37,379 nt of DNA from Candidatus Jordarchaeia archaeon (GCA_029856435.1 JAHQXB010000014.1:1-37379); one strand, 5' to 3'. Positions 8,907-19,471 are shown, numbered from the stretch's first letter. Translations and numbers: made by a program. The notes: generated by a model not told the origin, from the letters alone.

Positions 8907-10274
8907 TCATGCTAGCAGTTCGGTTAGCTGATTTATGTCGTCTACCTTCTCTAAATTCTCAATTGTGGAGACTATTTCTCCGATTTCCTGTTTGGTTTTT
9001 ACTCCTTCTGCCATACTGTATAGTTTTTTCTTAACGTCGAAGCCCTCCTCAGGTTGGAGGAAGGCGTCATACTTGGAGAATTGGGTATAGCTGGTTCCGT
9101 CCTTCATGGTTATGGTCACTTCAGCCGATGATCCTACTGCGGGATCTCCTTTGAGTTTGATTTTCTTTATTAATTCTTGTATCTTAGGGTCTAGTATTTT
9201 TTCCATTTTTAATTGTCTTGGCGTATACTCCTTGTCAACCAAGGATATGGCCATGGGATAGTATCCGTCTATTAGAAGTGCTTGGTAGGTCCAGTCTCGG
9301 CGATTCTTGATTCTCTCATAGAAATCGGGGTAGCGTAGAGAGTAGAATCCCGCAGTCAACATCATGATAAATGGGCACCTTATACTTATCTCTTTAACAT
9401 TTTCCGGCTCAACTTTGGTGCTGTTTGCGGTTTTGAGGATGGCATCTATTGGAGCATTGTAGTAGGCCACCACTGGGAAGGGTTTGTTCACCAGTTTCAG
9501 TGTTCTCCAATCCCTTCCCAAATCTTTTGTGATTATCTCCAGTCTGGATAAGTCGGGTATATTGGAAGCCATGTTGCAGTATCCCAGAGAGTGCTCCAGT
9601 ATCTCGTGGCTTCCACTCAAACCCGCCTGAGCTAAATTAGCTGAAGTAACTCCTACATAGACGGGCATTCCGGTGAGCATACCCTTACAATCTGCAGCCC
9701 AGCTAATCATGGTGTTTCCCTGCACATGGGTGCACGCTATACCCATAGCGTCCATTAACTGTTCCACATCTAGACCCATCAATTTGCCCGCCACTAGTGG
9801 TACGTCAATTGCGTGATTCGGCGAGGCGTGCCCCACATGGACAGGGTCCACTAACACTTCTCCAGTTCTTCCTCCAACCTCGTTTCCAATAACTAGAGCG
9901 GTGATTATTTCCTTACCACTGGAGCCGTAACTTTCACCCACAGCCAAAGCTGTTGGAACACCCGCGTCTCCCACGTGTGATTCTGGTAAGTAGTCCTCAA
10001 ACTCCAAAATGCATGCAAGGTAAGAGTTCACCATAGCGGCGTTTCTCATGGAGGTTTTGTAGCCACCGCTAATCACTGTGGACTCCGGCTTGTCACCCCA
10101 ATTTTTAACCGCTTTGATCATCCGTTGCCCGGGCTCCATCATCGAACCGGCATATATTGTGGCTATCATATTTATCAACTGGTTCTTTACACAAGAAACC
10201 ACTTCCTTCGGAATATGTTCGTACCTCAGGTTGTAGGCCCATTCCGCAACTTTTCTTGTAATGCCTTGCCGCAT
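8907..10274 (-). CDS. MmgE/PrpD family protein
   Basis: 455 aa; AAMVNSYLACILEFEDY...SH, ALAVGE, G.E...ALVIGNEV and KPFP patterns of the PrpD fold. Confidence 0.85.
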   Translation of the reverse strand: MRQGITRKVAEWAYNLRYEHIPKEVVSCVKNQLINMIATIYAGSMMEPGQRMIKAVKNWGDKPESTVISGGYKTSMRNAAMVNSYLACILEFEDYLPESHVGDAGVPTALAVGESYGSSGKEIITALVIGNEVGGRTGEVLVDPVHVGHASPNHAIDVPLVAGKLMGLDVEQLMDAMGIACTHVQGNTMISWAADCKGMLTGMPVYVGVTSANLAQAGLSGSHEILEHSLGYCNMASNIPDLSRLEIITKDLGRDWRTLKLVNKPFPVVAYYNAPIDAILKTANSTKVEPENVKEISIRCPFIMMLTAGFYSLRYPDFYERIKNRRDWTYQALLIDGYYPMAISLVDKEYTPRQLKMEKILDPKIQELIKKIKLKGDPAVGSSAEVTITMKDGTSYTQFSKYDAFLQPEEGFDVKKKLYSMAEGVKTKQEIGEIVSTIENLEKVDDINQLTELLA

Positions 10275-10294
10275 TTTTTTACCACCTCTCTTTT

Positions 10295-10663
10295 CTACTT
10301 TAATAGGGATAGTAGCTGTACAACCATTCCCAGAGCCAGAGCTGTGTTTTGCGCATCCTTGTTCACTACAAGTCTATCTGCGGCGGCCACGCTTGCCAAG
10401 TTTGCCTCGCCACGAAAAACCGATTTCCAGTCTTCTTCGTCCATCTCCACTGTAGCGGCCACCCATTCACTCTCCCCCTCCTCAAAATAAGCGGTTTCCG
10501 GCTCCACAGTTAAAACATAGCTCTTCTTGCCCCTCACCTTCAAGTTATACATTTTGTTCTTGATATAGTTGTAGTACTGAGTGCCGCTAACCACTCGCCA
10601 GAGATACTCATAAGCCTTGCAAAAATGGTTCAAGCCTTCCTCTACTTCATTCAATATAGACAC
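10295..10663 (-). CDS. SCP2 sterol/lipid-binding domain-like protein
   Basis: C-terminal ATVEMDEEDWKSVFRGEANLASVAAADRLVVNKD..TALAL matches the SCP2 pattern; 122 aa; co-oriented between the M24 and PrpD genes. Confidence 0.6.
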   Translation of the reverse strand: MSILNEVEEGLNHFCKAYEYLWRVVSGTQYYNYIKNKMYNLKVRGKKSYVLTVEPETAYFEEGESEWVAATVEMDEEDWKSVFRGEANLASVAAADRLVVNKDAQNTALALGMVVQLLSLLK

Positions 10664-10672
10664 CTCAAAAAT

Positions 10673-11851
10673 TTATACTTCTCTTATTAAGGGCTCCACA
10701 GGAGTCTTGGTGAGCTTCTCAGCACCCTTCTTAGTGATGAGTATGGGTATTTCTAGTCTCAGGCCTCCCACTCCGGGATGGTTCAACTGTATGAAGAGTT
10801 CTTCCACCATGTTCTCTTTAAACTCCATACTCGCCCAAGGCTCGAAACTGCTAATGGGGGGATACCACTCATGGCCCACTATTCCCAGACCATGGCCAAA
10901 AACTGGCGGAACATGTGGAAGATACTCGGTCTGGAAGAGCTTCTTGGAAATTTCGTTGGCGATTTCTCCAATTTTCATCCCCGGCTGTATATTATCAAGC
11001 ATATAGTGCACTATTTCATTGTAGGTGTCTATGAGTTTCTGCTGCTTGGGTGTAGGCTTACCCATAACCACATTGTATGCGAGGTCCGAGTAGTAGAGTT
11101 CGTAGGTGCAGTGGAGATCTATGCAGACCACCTCTCCCTTTCTTACCTTTTTGTTGCTGGGAGGTGTACAGGCACACTTGCTTAGGGCTCCACGTTCCCC
11201 AGAATAGATTTCATCTCCCCCGGTTACTGGCCAGTTCCACATGGAACCCAGCTCCCGCATTCTTTTCTCTCCCGCCCCCACTATGGCGGTTTCCGTAACC
11301 CCCACGTCCAAAACTTCCAGAGCCGCCTTCTGACCCTCATCTGCAATCTGGGCCGCCTTCTTGAGCAGTTTTATTTCCTCCGGCTCCTTTATTACGGCCA
11401 CCTCGTTTACCACATCTGAGCCATCAACAATCTCTGCTTCTGGTAGACACTCCGTTAGGGTCTGATACTCAGCATGGGTGATTAGTCCCTCCACGAGCCT
11501 TGGGGAGAGGCTCATCTCTATTCCAATTGTGGCATTTTGGAGCTTATTCTCTTTGACTCTATTAGCAATTTGCTCCATCCAAGTTATACCCTTAATGGGC
11601 CCCCACTCGTACACGTCTTTTATCCAGGTTTCGGTTTTCACCCTAGAAGCCTCAATAACCGAGGGATAGACTGCCACTTCGCCCTCAAGGGGCACGTAGA
11701 CTGCGGCCCGGTAGGGGATAAAGGTTCCCGAAATGTAGCATACACTGGAAAGTCTTGTTCCCACCAGAATATCTATGCCTTTCTTCTCCATATTGGACCT
11801 TATTCTCTCGATCCTCTTCTCAAAATCAAACTTCGGCTTCAAAACATACAC
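10673..11851 (-). CDS. M24 family (Xaa-Pro peptidase/creatinase-fold) metallopeptidase
   Basis: Creatinase-like N-domain. Metal ligands appear retained: IDLH, SDL, GHGLG, VEE, GLRLE. Confidence 0.85.
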   Translation of the reverse strand: MYVLKPKFDFEKRIERIRSNMEKKGIDILVGTRLSSVCYISGTFIPYRAAVYVPLEGEVAVYPSVIEASRVKTETWIKDVYEWGPIKGITWMEQIANRVKENKLQNATIGIEMSLSPRLVEGLITHAEYQTLTECLPEAEIVDGSDVVNEVAVIKEPEEIKLLKKAAQIADEGQKAALEVLDVGVTETAIVGAGEKRMRELGSMWNWPVTGGDEIYSGERGALSKCACTPPSNKKVRKGEVVCIDLHCTYELYYSDLAYNVVMGKPTPKQQKLIDTYNEIVHYMLDNIQPGMKIGEIANEISKKLFQTEYLPHVPPVFGHGLGIVGHEWYPPISSFEPWASMEFKENMVEELFIQLNHPGVGGLRLEIPILITKKGAEKLTKTPVEPLIREV

Positions 11852-11976
11852 CCCTTCAAAAATTTTCTCAAGTAATCTAAGCTATTTATGGATAAGGGGT
11901 TAAAAGGCTTTTTAAGAATTTGTAACGCCATAATCAACACAGCAATAAAGAGGAGTTTACTTTTCGGGGGAGGGAC

Positions 11977-12474
11977 TCATTTTAGTTTTTCTCCGCAGTA
12001 CTTGCAGAATCGGGAGTCCCAGTCAATTTCCATGCCGCAGAAGGGGCAGAAACTCACCTTTGGTTTGGGTATGGGAGTGAATCCTCCTGAGAATAGGGTG
12101 TGAATCATTGTGCAGAGGTTTCTCCAGGAATCTTTTAGTTTGGCCTTTTCCCTCTCGAATGTCTCTTCGTCCATTTCTCCATTTTGGAAGTATGGTGTAA
12201 TTTCGTAACTTACAGTGATGGAAACATGCTTCTTATCCTTTTTGAAGGTGAGGGGCCCCACCGAGTCGGCATAGCATAACTTTCGGCTAATTAGGATTCG
12301 ACCTCCTTCCCAATCCTTTTCCACCATTATGAATCCCAAATTGCTGATGACTTCCTCTATGAGGTTGAAAAACTCTTCCTCAGACAAATCCACATCTTCA
12401 AATTCACCCAACCAGCGGAGCTCCGACAATTTCACACACCAGCAAAAACCATTTGATGAAACGAGGCCTGCCAA
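11977..12474 (-). CDS. Protein with C-terminal double zinc ribbon
   Basis: C-terminal CPFCG...FCKYCG. Start probably downstream of the annotated one. Confidence 0.7.
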   Translation of the reverse strand: MAGLVSSNGFCWCVKLSELRWLGEFEDVDLSEEEFFNLIEEVISNLGFIMVEKDWEGGRILISRKLCYADSVGPLTFKKDKKHVSITVSYEITPYFQNGEMDEETFEREKAKLKDSWRNLCTMIHTLFSGGFTPIPKPKVSFCPFCGMEIDWDSRFCKYCGEKLK

Positions 12475-12630
12475 ACAACACTCATTATTCGAAACTCATA
12501 GTTCACATATATAAAAATTTTGAAATAGAAAATGTTTCTCTCTCAAATTGTTTTATGTTTTTTGGATTTTTCGAAAAGGTCTTATACTTACGAATTCATA
12601 ATAAAGAAAAAAGGTTGTTAAGGAGAGGTT

Positions 12631-13716
12631 TTGATGAGTAGTGAGGATGTTTATCAGGAGCTGCAGAAGCACCTTGACAAGATGCCTGTGGGTTTTCCAG
12701 CCACAAATTCCGGCGTGGAACTAAAAATATTGAAGTACCTTTTCACACCCGAGGAAGCGGGAATAGCGACAAAACTAAGCTGGGAATTTGAGCCCCTCCA
12801 AACCATTTATGGCCGCTTTGACAAGTCGCAAATCTCAATGGAAGAGTTGAGAAACAAATTGGACAACATGGCCAAGAAGGGCATTGTTCACTACAAAATT
12901 GTGAAAGGCGAGAGGTACTACGCAAATCCACCACTCGTCGTAGGCATGTACGAGTTTCAGGTGAACAGGCTCACCAAAGAGTTCCAAGAGGACATTGACA
13001 AGTACATCTCTGAAGCATTTGCCCTAGAATTTATCCGCACCGGAATAAACCAGCTCAGAGTCATACCCATAGAACAAAGCGTAAAAAGCGAGGGCTTCAC
13101 AGCAACTTACGATGACCTAAGAGAAATTATTAAAAACGAGGAGGGCCCCTTTTGTGTGTCTGAATGCATATGCCGCAAGGCCGCAGAACTGAGGGGAAAA
13201 CCCTGCAGCAAGACCTCCCTTCGTGAAACCTGCATATCCCTTGGAGACACAGCCCAACTGTACATAGATAGCGGATGGGGCCGCCCCGTAAACAAGGAGG
13301 AAATTCTTGAGATACTAAGAAAAAATGAGCAAGAAGGTCTAATTCTCGAACCAAACAATGCCCAGAGACCAGACTACATATGCAGTTGCTGTACGTGTTG
13401 CTGCGGAATCTTATCCAGACTAAAAGCCTTTCCCCGCCCCACAGACCTTATCAGCTCAAACTACTTTGCCCAGATAGACCCCGAATTATGCACCGGCTGC
13501 GAAACATGTGTTCAGCGATGCCAAATGGAAGCACTAAAAATAGTAGACGAAATTTGCACAGTAGACACAGGCAGATGCATAGGCTGCGGAAACTGTGTAC
13601 CCGTATGCCCCTCCACAGCAATCACCCTGCGGAAAAAGGAAAAGGAATGGGTGCCACCCAAAACCCTAGAAGATCTTTACAGAAAAATTAAGAGCATAAA
13701 AGACCAGACAATCTAA
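12631..13716 (+). CDS. 4Fe-4S dicluster domain protein with Cys-rich central domain
   Basis: CICRK..C..C and ICSCCTCCC motifs plus two ferredoxin motifs CTGCETCVQRC and CIGCGNCVPVC; AGGAGAGG RBS. Confidence 0.85.
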   Translation: MMSSEDVYQELQKHLDKMPVGFPATNSGVELKILKYLFTPEEAGIATKLSWEFEPLQTIYGRFDKSQISMEELRNKLDNMAKKGIVHYKIVKGERYYANPPLVVGMYEFQVNRLTKEFQEDIDKYISEAFALEFIRTGINQLRVIPIEQSVKSEGFTATYDDLREIIKNEEGPFCVSECICRKAAELRGKPCSKTSLRETCISLGDTAQLYIDSGWGRPVNKEEILEILRKNEQEGLILEPNNAQRPDYICSCCTCCCGILSRLKAFPRPTDLISSNYFAQIDPELCTGCETCVQRCQMEALKIVDEICTVDTGRCIGCGNCVPVCPSTAITLRKKEKEWVPPKTLEDLYRKIKSIKDQTI

Positions 13717-13869
13717 AAGTTGCATCTCAGTCTTTCTATATCATCCTTTTTGCTCAACTAATTCTAAAAGCACTATTGTCGAAGGGAGATGTGCCAATTT
13801 TCTGCTGGAAGCCCAAACCTTTCTCTCTGGTCAAAAAAAGGAGGGGGAGAGGCTTTTTGATTGGTTTAT

Positions 13870-14688
13870 TTATGCGCCTTTGAATTTGGGTTCTCTTTTT
13901 TCGAGAAAGGCCATTACCCCTTCCCTGGCGTCTTCGCTGGCTGTTGCAATGCTTGCCAGTGCTCCCTCAAATATTAGGCCAGCATCCACAGGTCCTTGGG
14001 ATCCAAAGTTCAGCGCGTATTTTGCTACTCTCTGGGCCACTGGCGGTCCTTTTGCTAGTTTTAAGGCGTACTGTCTCACTTCTTCCTCAAAGTTTTCAAA
14101 GGAGAACACCTTATTTACCAAGCCGATTCTGTAGGCTTCTTCCTCGTTTATTGGCTCGCCTGAGAGTATAAGCTCCTTAGCTTTGGCAAGTCCGATTAGT
14201 CTAGGCAGCCTTATGGTGCCACCCCAGCCCGGAATTATTCCACGATCCACTTCTGGTTGTCCAAGCTGTGAACCCTTAGCAGCTACTCTGAAGTCGCAGG
14301 CACAGGCTAATTCGCATCCTCCCCCAAGGGCAAACCCCCTGATTGCAGCTATCACAATTTTGGGAAACTTTTCAATTTTGGTGGTTAATTTAGCCATAAG
14401 AAGAGCGGTGTCCATCTGTGCTACGGCCATGGGAACTCCAAGGGTTAGTGTCGGCGGCTCCTTAAGATCAGCTCCTGCAGAGAAAAACCTATCACCGGCA
14501 CCCATAAGAATAACCACGTGGATGTCCTGTTGGAACCACAGTTCGTCAAATGCCTTGTCAAGGGCGTTAATTAGTGCTACGTTCAAAGCGTTGGCTTTCG
14601 GCCTGTTCATAATAACCCATGCCAAGGGAGGCTCCTTTTTAACAATAACAATGTTTTCCGACAATTCTCTTACACTCCAATCTTCCAA
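13870..14688 (-). CDS. Enoyl-CoA hydratase/isomerase (crotonase) family
   Basis: FSAGADL, ALGGGCELACACDFR, GQPEVDRGIIPGWGGT; both catalytic Glu positions present. Confidence 0.92.
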   Translation of the reverse strand: MEDWSVRELSENIVIVKKEPPLAWVIMNRPKANALNVALINALDKAFDELWFQQDIHVVILMGAGDRFFSAGADLKEPPTLTLGVPMAVAQMDTALLMAKLTTKIEKFPKIVIAAIRGFALGGGCELACACDFRVAAKGSQLGQPEVDRGIIPGWGGTIRLPRLIGLAKAKELILSGEPINEEEAYRIGLVNKVFSFENFEEEVRQYALKLAKGPPVAQRVAKYALNFGSQGPVDAGLIFEGALASIATASEDAREGVMAFLEKREPKFKGA

Positions 14689-15005
14689 AACTGAACATAA
14701 TTAAATAATTCAAATTGTAAATGAACGCTTTTTCAGCCCTTTATAAAAATCTTCCGCAAAAATAGTCAGTAACAAAACCACCGAATAGCACAGGCATAAA
14801 TGTTCTAATTCTTAAAGCATCAAAGGAGGCTGCGAAATTAAAAAAAATAAGATTCCCTTATATCTCTGCCAGGTTTTGGCAATTAGCTCTCGGATACTCT
14901 TTTGGATTATGTGTGTCCTCTAGAATCCTAATTTCAGCCCAGTTATTGATGAATCTAAATTCAAAAAATAAAAGTTGTTTTGTTTCTTTGTCCCTTTTTT
15001 GGGGG

Positions 15006-15470
15006 CTATTTTGGTTCCGTTTTCACTGTGAGTTGGCATACTGTTTCATTGTTATCCACATTGATGCCCAAAACTTGGATAATGTTTGTAGCATCAATTG
15101 TACCCATCAGCATAACAGACGTGACACATAGTGGGCAGGCTTTGTATCCTATAGATTTTCCATATTTACACATTTCCAGCCAAGGGCATTGAACAATTTT
15201 CATACTAAGATTGTTTCCAGAGTAGCTCAATTCGAACTCTTTGCCAAATACTCCGAAATTTTTACCCACAATTTCTAAATCCTTTATGAGCTCTTCCATA
15301 GTTTTAGGCGGAGCCGTACCTAAAAATTGTTGGGCCAGATTTTCAACCATGGGACCTAATATTTTTGATGATTGACGTCCGAGTAGCATGGGATTTATTC
15401 CCATCTTGTCCGCGGCACTAAGTATGGTGCCAAAAACGAATCCGTAAAAAAGATTTACTGTATCCGACAT
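15006..15470 (-). CDS. Small Cys-containing V4R/ligand-binding-like domain protein
   Basis: Probable start ATG 15470 (MSDTVNLFYG); the ORF-track extension to 15620 lies in AT-rich upstream DNA. CPW...C...CPLC...C pattern. Confidence 0.5.
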   Translation of the reverse strand: MSDTVNLFYGFVFGTILSAADKMGINPMLLGRQSSKILGPMVENLAQQFLGTAPPKTMEELIKDLEIVGKNFGVFGKEFELSYSGNNLSMKIVQCPWLEMCKYGKSIGYKACPLCVTSVMLMGTIDATNIIQVLGINVDNNETVCQLTVKTEPK

Positions 15471-15825
15471 AAATGTTTTCACCTTCACCAGAGTTTTTAA
15501 ATGATTAGAGCTTGCTAAGGGTTGGAAACCCTGTTTTTTGAACTTGTTTCGATTAGTTTCGCTTTCCGTTTTCACTGCTTCAAATATTACGAGTTGTATA
15601 AGTAAGTTATTATGTAGCATATATACATAATAAATATTTAAATGTATTGATTCTCCAATAAAACAGTATAGTCGGAAGTCGCCAAAGAGGCCAAAGGATT
15701 AAATCAATTTGGGAGGAGACATGAAAAAACATTTTCGCTATTACGCGGATTAATAAATGTTTTCGGATGAGTTCAGCTCACCTAAACCCTATCGTTAGGC
15801 CAAATTGCTCACCCTATCGAACACG

Positions 15826-16179
15826 TCAAGACCGTATCATTGTCAGAAGCATTTTGAATCTACTTAATGCTCTCAAGGCGTGTGGCTGGTTGGCTGGCAT
15901 TATTACCATTTCACCCTCTTTCACGCGTAGAGATTCGCCAGAGATGGTGATTTCCGCTTCGCCTTCAAGAATGTGCACTAAAGCATCAAATGGTGCAGTG
16001 TGCTCACTTAAACCCTGTTCCTCGTCAAAAGAGAATAATGTAACTGTCCCGGCCTTTTTATCAATTATTGTTCTGCTCACTACAGCCGCCTCCTGATAAT
16101 CGATTAAATCCTTCAACCTTACTGCTTGCGCCACCAGTTTCTTTGTATCCATTCCCCTTTTATCATCTTCCATTTCCAC
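15826..16179 (-). CDS. Cupin domain protein
   Basis: LSEHTAPFDALVHILEGEAEITI and MPANQPHAL cupin motifs; directly downstream of cooS. Confidence 0.85.
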   Translation of the reverse strand: MEMEDDKRGMDTKKLVAQAVRLKDLIDYQEAAVVSRTIIDKKAGTVTLFSFDEEQGLSEHTAPFDALVHILEGEAEITISGESLRVKEGEMVIMPANQPHALRALSRFKMLLTMIRS

Positions 16180-16288
16180 TCACACCCCTAAATTATGTCA
16201 ACTTACCATAATTAATCACTCCCCCCAGAAGAGGAAAAAGAGAGGGATGCGAAGTATTTTGGGTTTAACTTTTAATTGTAGTTTTGTG

Positions 16289-18193
16289 TTAGATGCCCAG
16301 CTTTTTCCTTTTCGCCTCTATGTGGGACAATATGGCTTCCGCAGCTCTTACTGGATCTTTTTCCACATTGAGTTGGGCGCCTGTAATTTGTTTCAAGTCC
16401 TGTGTTAACAGTTTGACCAGGTTCGGCCCTCCGGTTACTGTGGGCACCGGGTTGACGTAGGTGAATAGTCCCAGAGCCAAGGCAAATATTGCATCGATGG
16501 TTGCTTTTTGCTCCATGTATTCCGGCGCCACTGCTGCAACTGGTAGGTCTGGTATGGGTACTCCTCCCAGCGCATTTGAAACCGCAGCAAGTAGGTCGGC
16601 CAGACGCCCAGTATCGGTGCAGGTACCATAGCTCAGAACTGGAGGAATCTTCAATTTTTCACAAATACTCTTCAGTCCCGGCCCCGCAAATTTTTTAGCG
16701 TCTAGAGTGCAGAGACCAGACACTTGCATAGCGGCGTTCCCACACCCCATAGACAGAACCAGAACATCACGCTTAATCAGCTCCTTAGCCACATTCACAC
16801 TGTGTACGTCCTGACCATAATCTCTAAGAGTGGTACATGAAATAAGTCCCACAATCCCTCTTAAAGTTCCATCCTTTATTGCCCCTAGAAGGGGGTCAAG
16901 GGTTCCTCCTAGGGCTTCCAGAATGCTTTCGGTGGAAAATCCCACCAGTACTTCTTTCATGGGTAGATTGGTTACTGGTTCAATAGTGGCTCTGCGTTCC
17001 TTAAAGTTATCTATGGCCATTTGCAGTAGCTGGGCGGCCTGTTGCTCAGCTTTCTCGGGAACATAGTTGACCCTTTCTTTTACTCCCTCAAAGGCCACCA
17101 GCTCACTTACGGGCACCAGTTTAAACTTGTATTTTTTAGCGTAAATGGGGTCAATTTGCATGGAACAATTCATGTCGCAGGCGAAGAGGTCTACGCAGCC
17201 ACTAGCCAGAACCGCCTCCTGAGAAATCCAGTTTCCAGTGAAACCGTAGAAGGCGTGATCCATGTTCCATCTCTGAATCATTTCTTGACCTGTTTCTATG
17301 CTTGCAATTACTCGCAGGCCTTTGGCACCCACGACTTTAGCCTTCTCCTGCCACTCCGGTTTCCGAGCCAGCTGAACCATAGCAAAGCCCAAGAAGGGCT
17401 CGTGGCCGTTTGGCAAAACATTTACATAATCTGGATCCAAAACTCCTAAATCAACCCGCATAGTGTGCGGCCTTGGAATACCGTAGAGAATGTCTTGGCA
17501 GTACTCATTTACTATTTGGCTCTGGTAAGCCATAGCCAGACTTAGACGCATAGCCTTAAAGGCCAAACTGGCGTAGTAACCGTCCACATTTGTGAGGCAG
17601 GAACTTGTGGCAAGCATCATCTCACCATAAATTCCACCCGGAAATATGCCCAGCTTCCTCCAGACCTCTTTACGCTCCGGGGGAGCTAAGGCTTCAACTA
17701 TTCTGCTTGGTTCATAGTACTTTCTGTTGAAGTCTTCTTCCACAAAGTCACAAAGGCGAATGGCTATTTCCTCCACGGTTCCAGAGGTGTCTATTCCCAA
17801 TCTCTTAGAGAAGGCCTTCAACTTTTCAGGCTCTTTAATCTCGAAGGGCGTTTTACCCATTGCTGTGGCTCTGAGAGTCTTTACAGTCTGGTCTGTGTGG
17901 TAGTGATAGGTTGAGGCTCCCAAAACATTTCTGAGTAGCATCATACGCATAGCCATACCGTCAGCGGTGATGCCGCAAACTCCCCTCTTGTCCTTTTCAG
18001 CATCTGCTCTGCATGGTCCGTTTGAGCATAGGTCGCATCGCACTCCCGCTTGGCAGAAGGGACATCTTCTGTCGGGGTCTCCGCCCATTCCTTGGGCCTC
18101 ATATCGATCCCAAATGTTGGTCATGTTGTCCTTTTTTATTTTTTCATACATTTTCCGGACTGATTCATGATAGGATATTCTATCTTCCTTCAT
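16289..18193 (-). CDS. cooS: Anaerobic CO dehydrogenase catalytic-subunit homolog, atypical (CooS-V/clade D-like)
   Basis: CPFC D-cluster; CDLCSNGPC...C B-cluster; C-cluster NGHEP, DMNC, SCTT, MGCG, GTCTD; but SIETGQE replaces the usual CCTGNE. Probable ATG at 18193 (ORF track start 18223). Confidence 0.9.
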   Translation of the reverse strand: MKEDRISYHESVRKMYEKIKKDNMTNIWDRYEAQGMGGDPDRRCPFCQAGVRCDLCSNGPCRADAEKDKRGVCGITADGMAMRMMLLRNVLGASTYHYHTDQTVKTLRATAMGKTPFEIKEPEKLKAFSKRLGIDTSGTVEEIAIRLCDFVEEDFNRKYYEPSRIVEALAPPERKEVWRKLGIFPGGIYGEMMLATSSCLTNVDGYYASLAFKAMRLSLAMAYQSQIVNEYCQDILYGIPRPHTMRVDLGVLDPDYVNVLPNGHEPFLGFAMVQLARKPEWQEKAKVVGAKGLRVIASIETGQEMIQRWNMDHAFYGFTGNWISQEAVLASGCVDLFACDMNCSMQIDPIYAKKYKFKLVPVSELVAFEGVKERVNYVPEKAEQQAAQLLQMAIDNFKERRATIEPVTNLPMKEVLVGFSTESILEALGGTLDPLLGAIKDGTLRGIVGLISCTTLRDYGQDVHSVNVAKELIKRDVLVLSMGCGNAAMQVSGLCTLDAKKFAGPGLKSICEKLKIPPVLSYGTCTDTGRLADLLAAVSNALGGVPIPDLPVAAVAPEYMEQKATIDAIFALALGLFTYVNPVPTVTGGPNLVKLLTQDLKQITGAQLNVEKDPVRAAEAILSHIEAKRKKLGI

Positions 18194-18400
18194 TACAAGC
18201 CCTCCACTCAAACAATTTTCCAAAAATAGGAGTTGTAAGGGACTATCAAATGGAAATAAATAATTTTCCTTAAGACATATGGAACAATATTTTATAAATC
18301 TATTTATTATAACTCATTATGTTTACTGACTTTTAATCTATGAGTTATTAAAACAAGATACGCTGCAAAAATAAAAAAGGGGAAGTGGTTGGTGGTGCTT

Positions 18401-19471
18401 CTACTCAAACAGTTTTTGGACAAACTCGCATATTTTGGCTATTGCCTCCTTTGCCTCAGGCAGGTCGTATAAGCCGAAGGATTGAAACACATGAGGCATA
18501 TCATCCCATGTTTGCAGTGTAGCATTCACACCCGCCTTTTTGGCTCGCTCCACAAAGCGTTTGCAGCCTCCAAAAAGCATTTCAGAAGTACTGGCTTGAA
18601 TTAGCAGGGGAGGCAAACCCCTCAAATCCCCATAAATTGGAGAAATCAGTGGATCGCTGGGGTCCGCCCCTCCCAGAAACGCGGGAATCCACCAGAAGAG
18701 CCCCACATCTGCCAGAACTGGGTCAGTCTTAGCATTTTCAAAAAACAATTCGTCAGAACCAGTCCAGTCGGTTGCTGGCGAAAGACAGACCGCCCCAGCG
18801 GGTAAGGGTATTCCCTCATCTCTCAGTTTTAAGAGTGTGGTAAGCGTCAAGTTACCTCCCGCCGAGTCTCCGGCGATTACAATATTTTTGGGTTTGATTC
18901 CCTTTGATAGAAGCCACTTGTATGCCTTGGTGCAATCCTCCAGTTGGGCTGGGTGGGGATGTTCGGGTGCAAGGCGGTAGTCCACACTCAACACACGCAT
19001 CTTTGTTAACTGTCCCAGTGTAACAGTTAATATTCTGTGGGTGTTGGGGGAGCCCAAGACCATTCCTCCCCCATGGAAGTATAGGAGGACTCGGTCTTTC
19101 TTTGCGCCTGGGACGGTTTGCCACTCTGCGGGAACTCCGTCGGCGTCGACTTTTTCTATTTTCACCTCTTTGGGAATGGGGTGCCTTTTCTGATCCATAT
19201 CTGCGGCGTAGTTGAAAGCGTATCGGAAAAGCCTAGTTAAGAATAGCATTTCGTCTTTTGTTAACCAATTGTACAAGTCTTCTATGGTTCCCTCTCTCCT
19301 GAAGAACCGCTCATTTCCATCCACCAGTTTTTGCCACAGTGCTGGAAAGTTGACTCCCTGGTTCTCTTTGGCTTTGAGGAATTCTAAAACACCGTTAGTT
19401 TGCTCCTTTAACAGTTCATCCATAAGTTTAAGCACGTCCGGGCGAATTTTAGACCTATCTAAAATTGGCAT
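18401..19471 (-). CDS. Alpha/beta hydrolase, hormone-sensitive lipase (family IV esterase) type
   Basis: HGGG, DYRLAPEHP, GDSAGG and MPHVF motifs; N-terminal extension of roughly 90 aa. Confidence 0.9.
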   Translation of the reverse strand: MPILDRSKIRPDVLKLMDELLKEQTNGVLEFLKAKENQGVNFPALWQKLVDGNERFFRREGTIEDLYNWLTKDEMLFLTRLFRYAFNYAADMDQKRHPIPKEVKIEKVDADGVPAEWQTVPGAKKDRVLLYFHGGGMVLGSPNTHRILTVTLGQLTKMRVLSVDYRLAPEHPHPAQLEDCTKAYKWLLSKGIKPKNIVIAGDSAGGNLTLTTLLKLRDEGIPLPAGAVCLSPATDWTGSDELFFENAKTDPVLADVGLFWWIPAFLGGADPSDPLISPIYGDLRGLPPLLIQASTSEMLFGGCKRFVERAKKAGVNATLQTWDDMPHVFQSFGLYDLPEAKEAIAKICEFVQKLFE

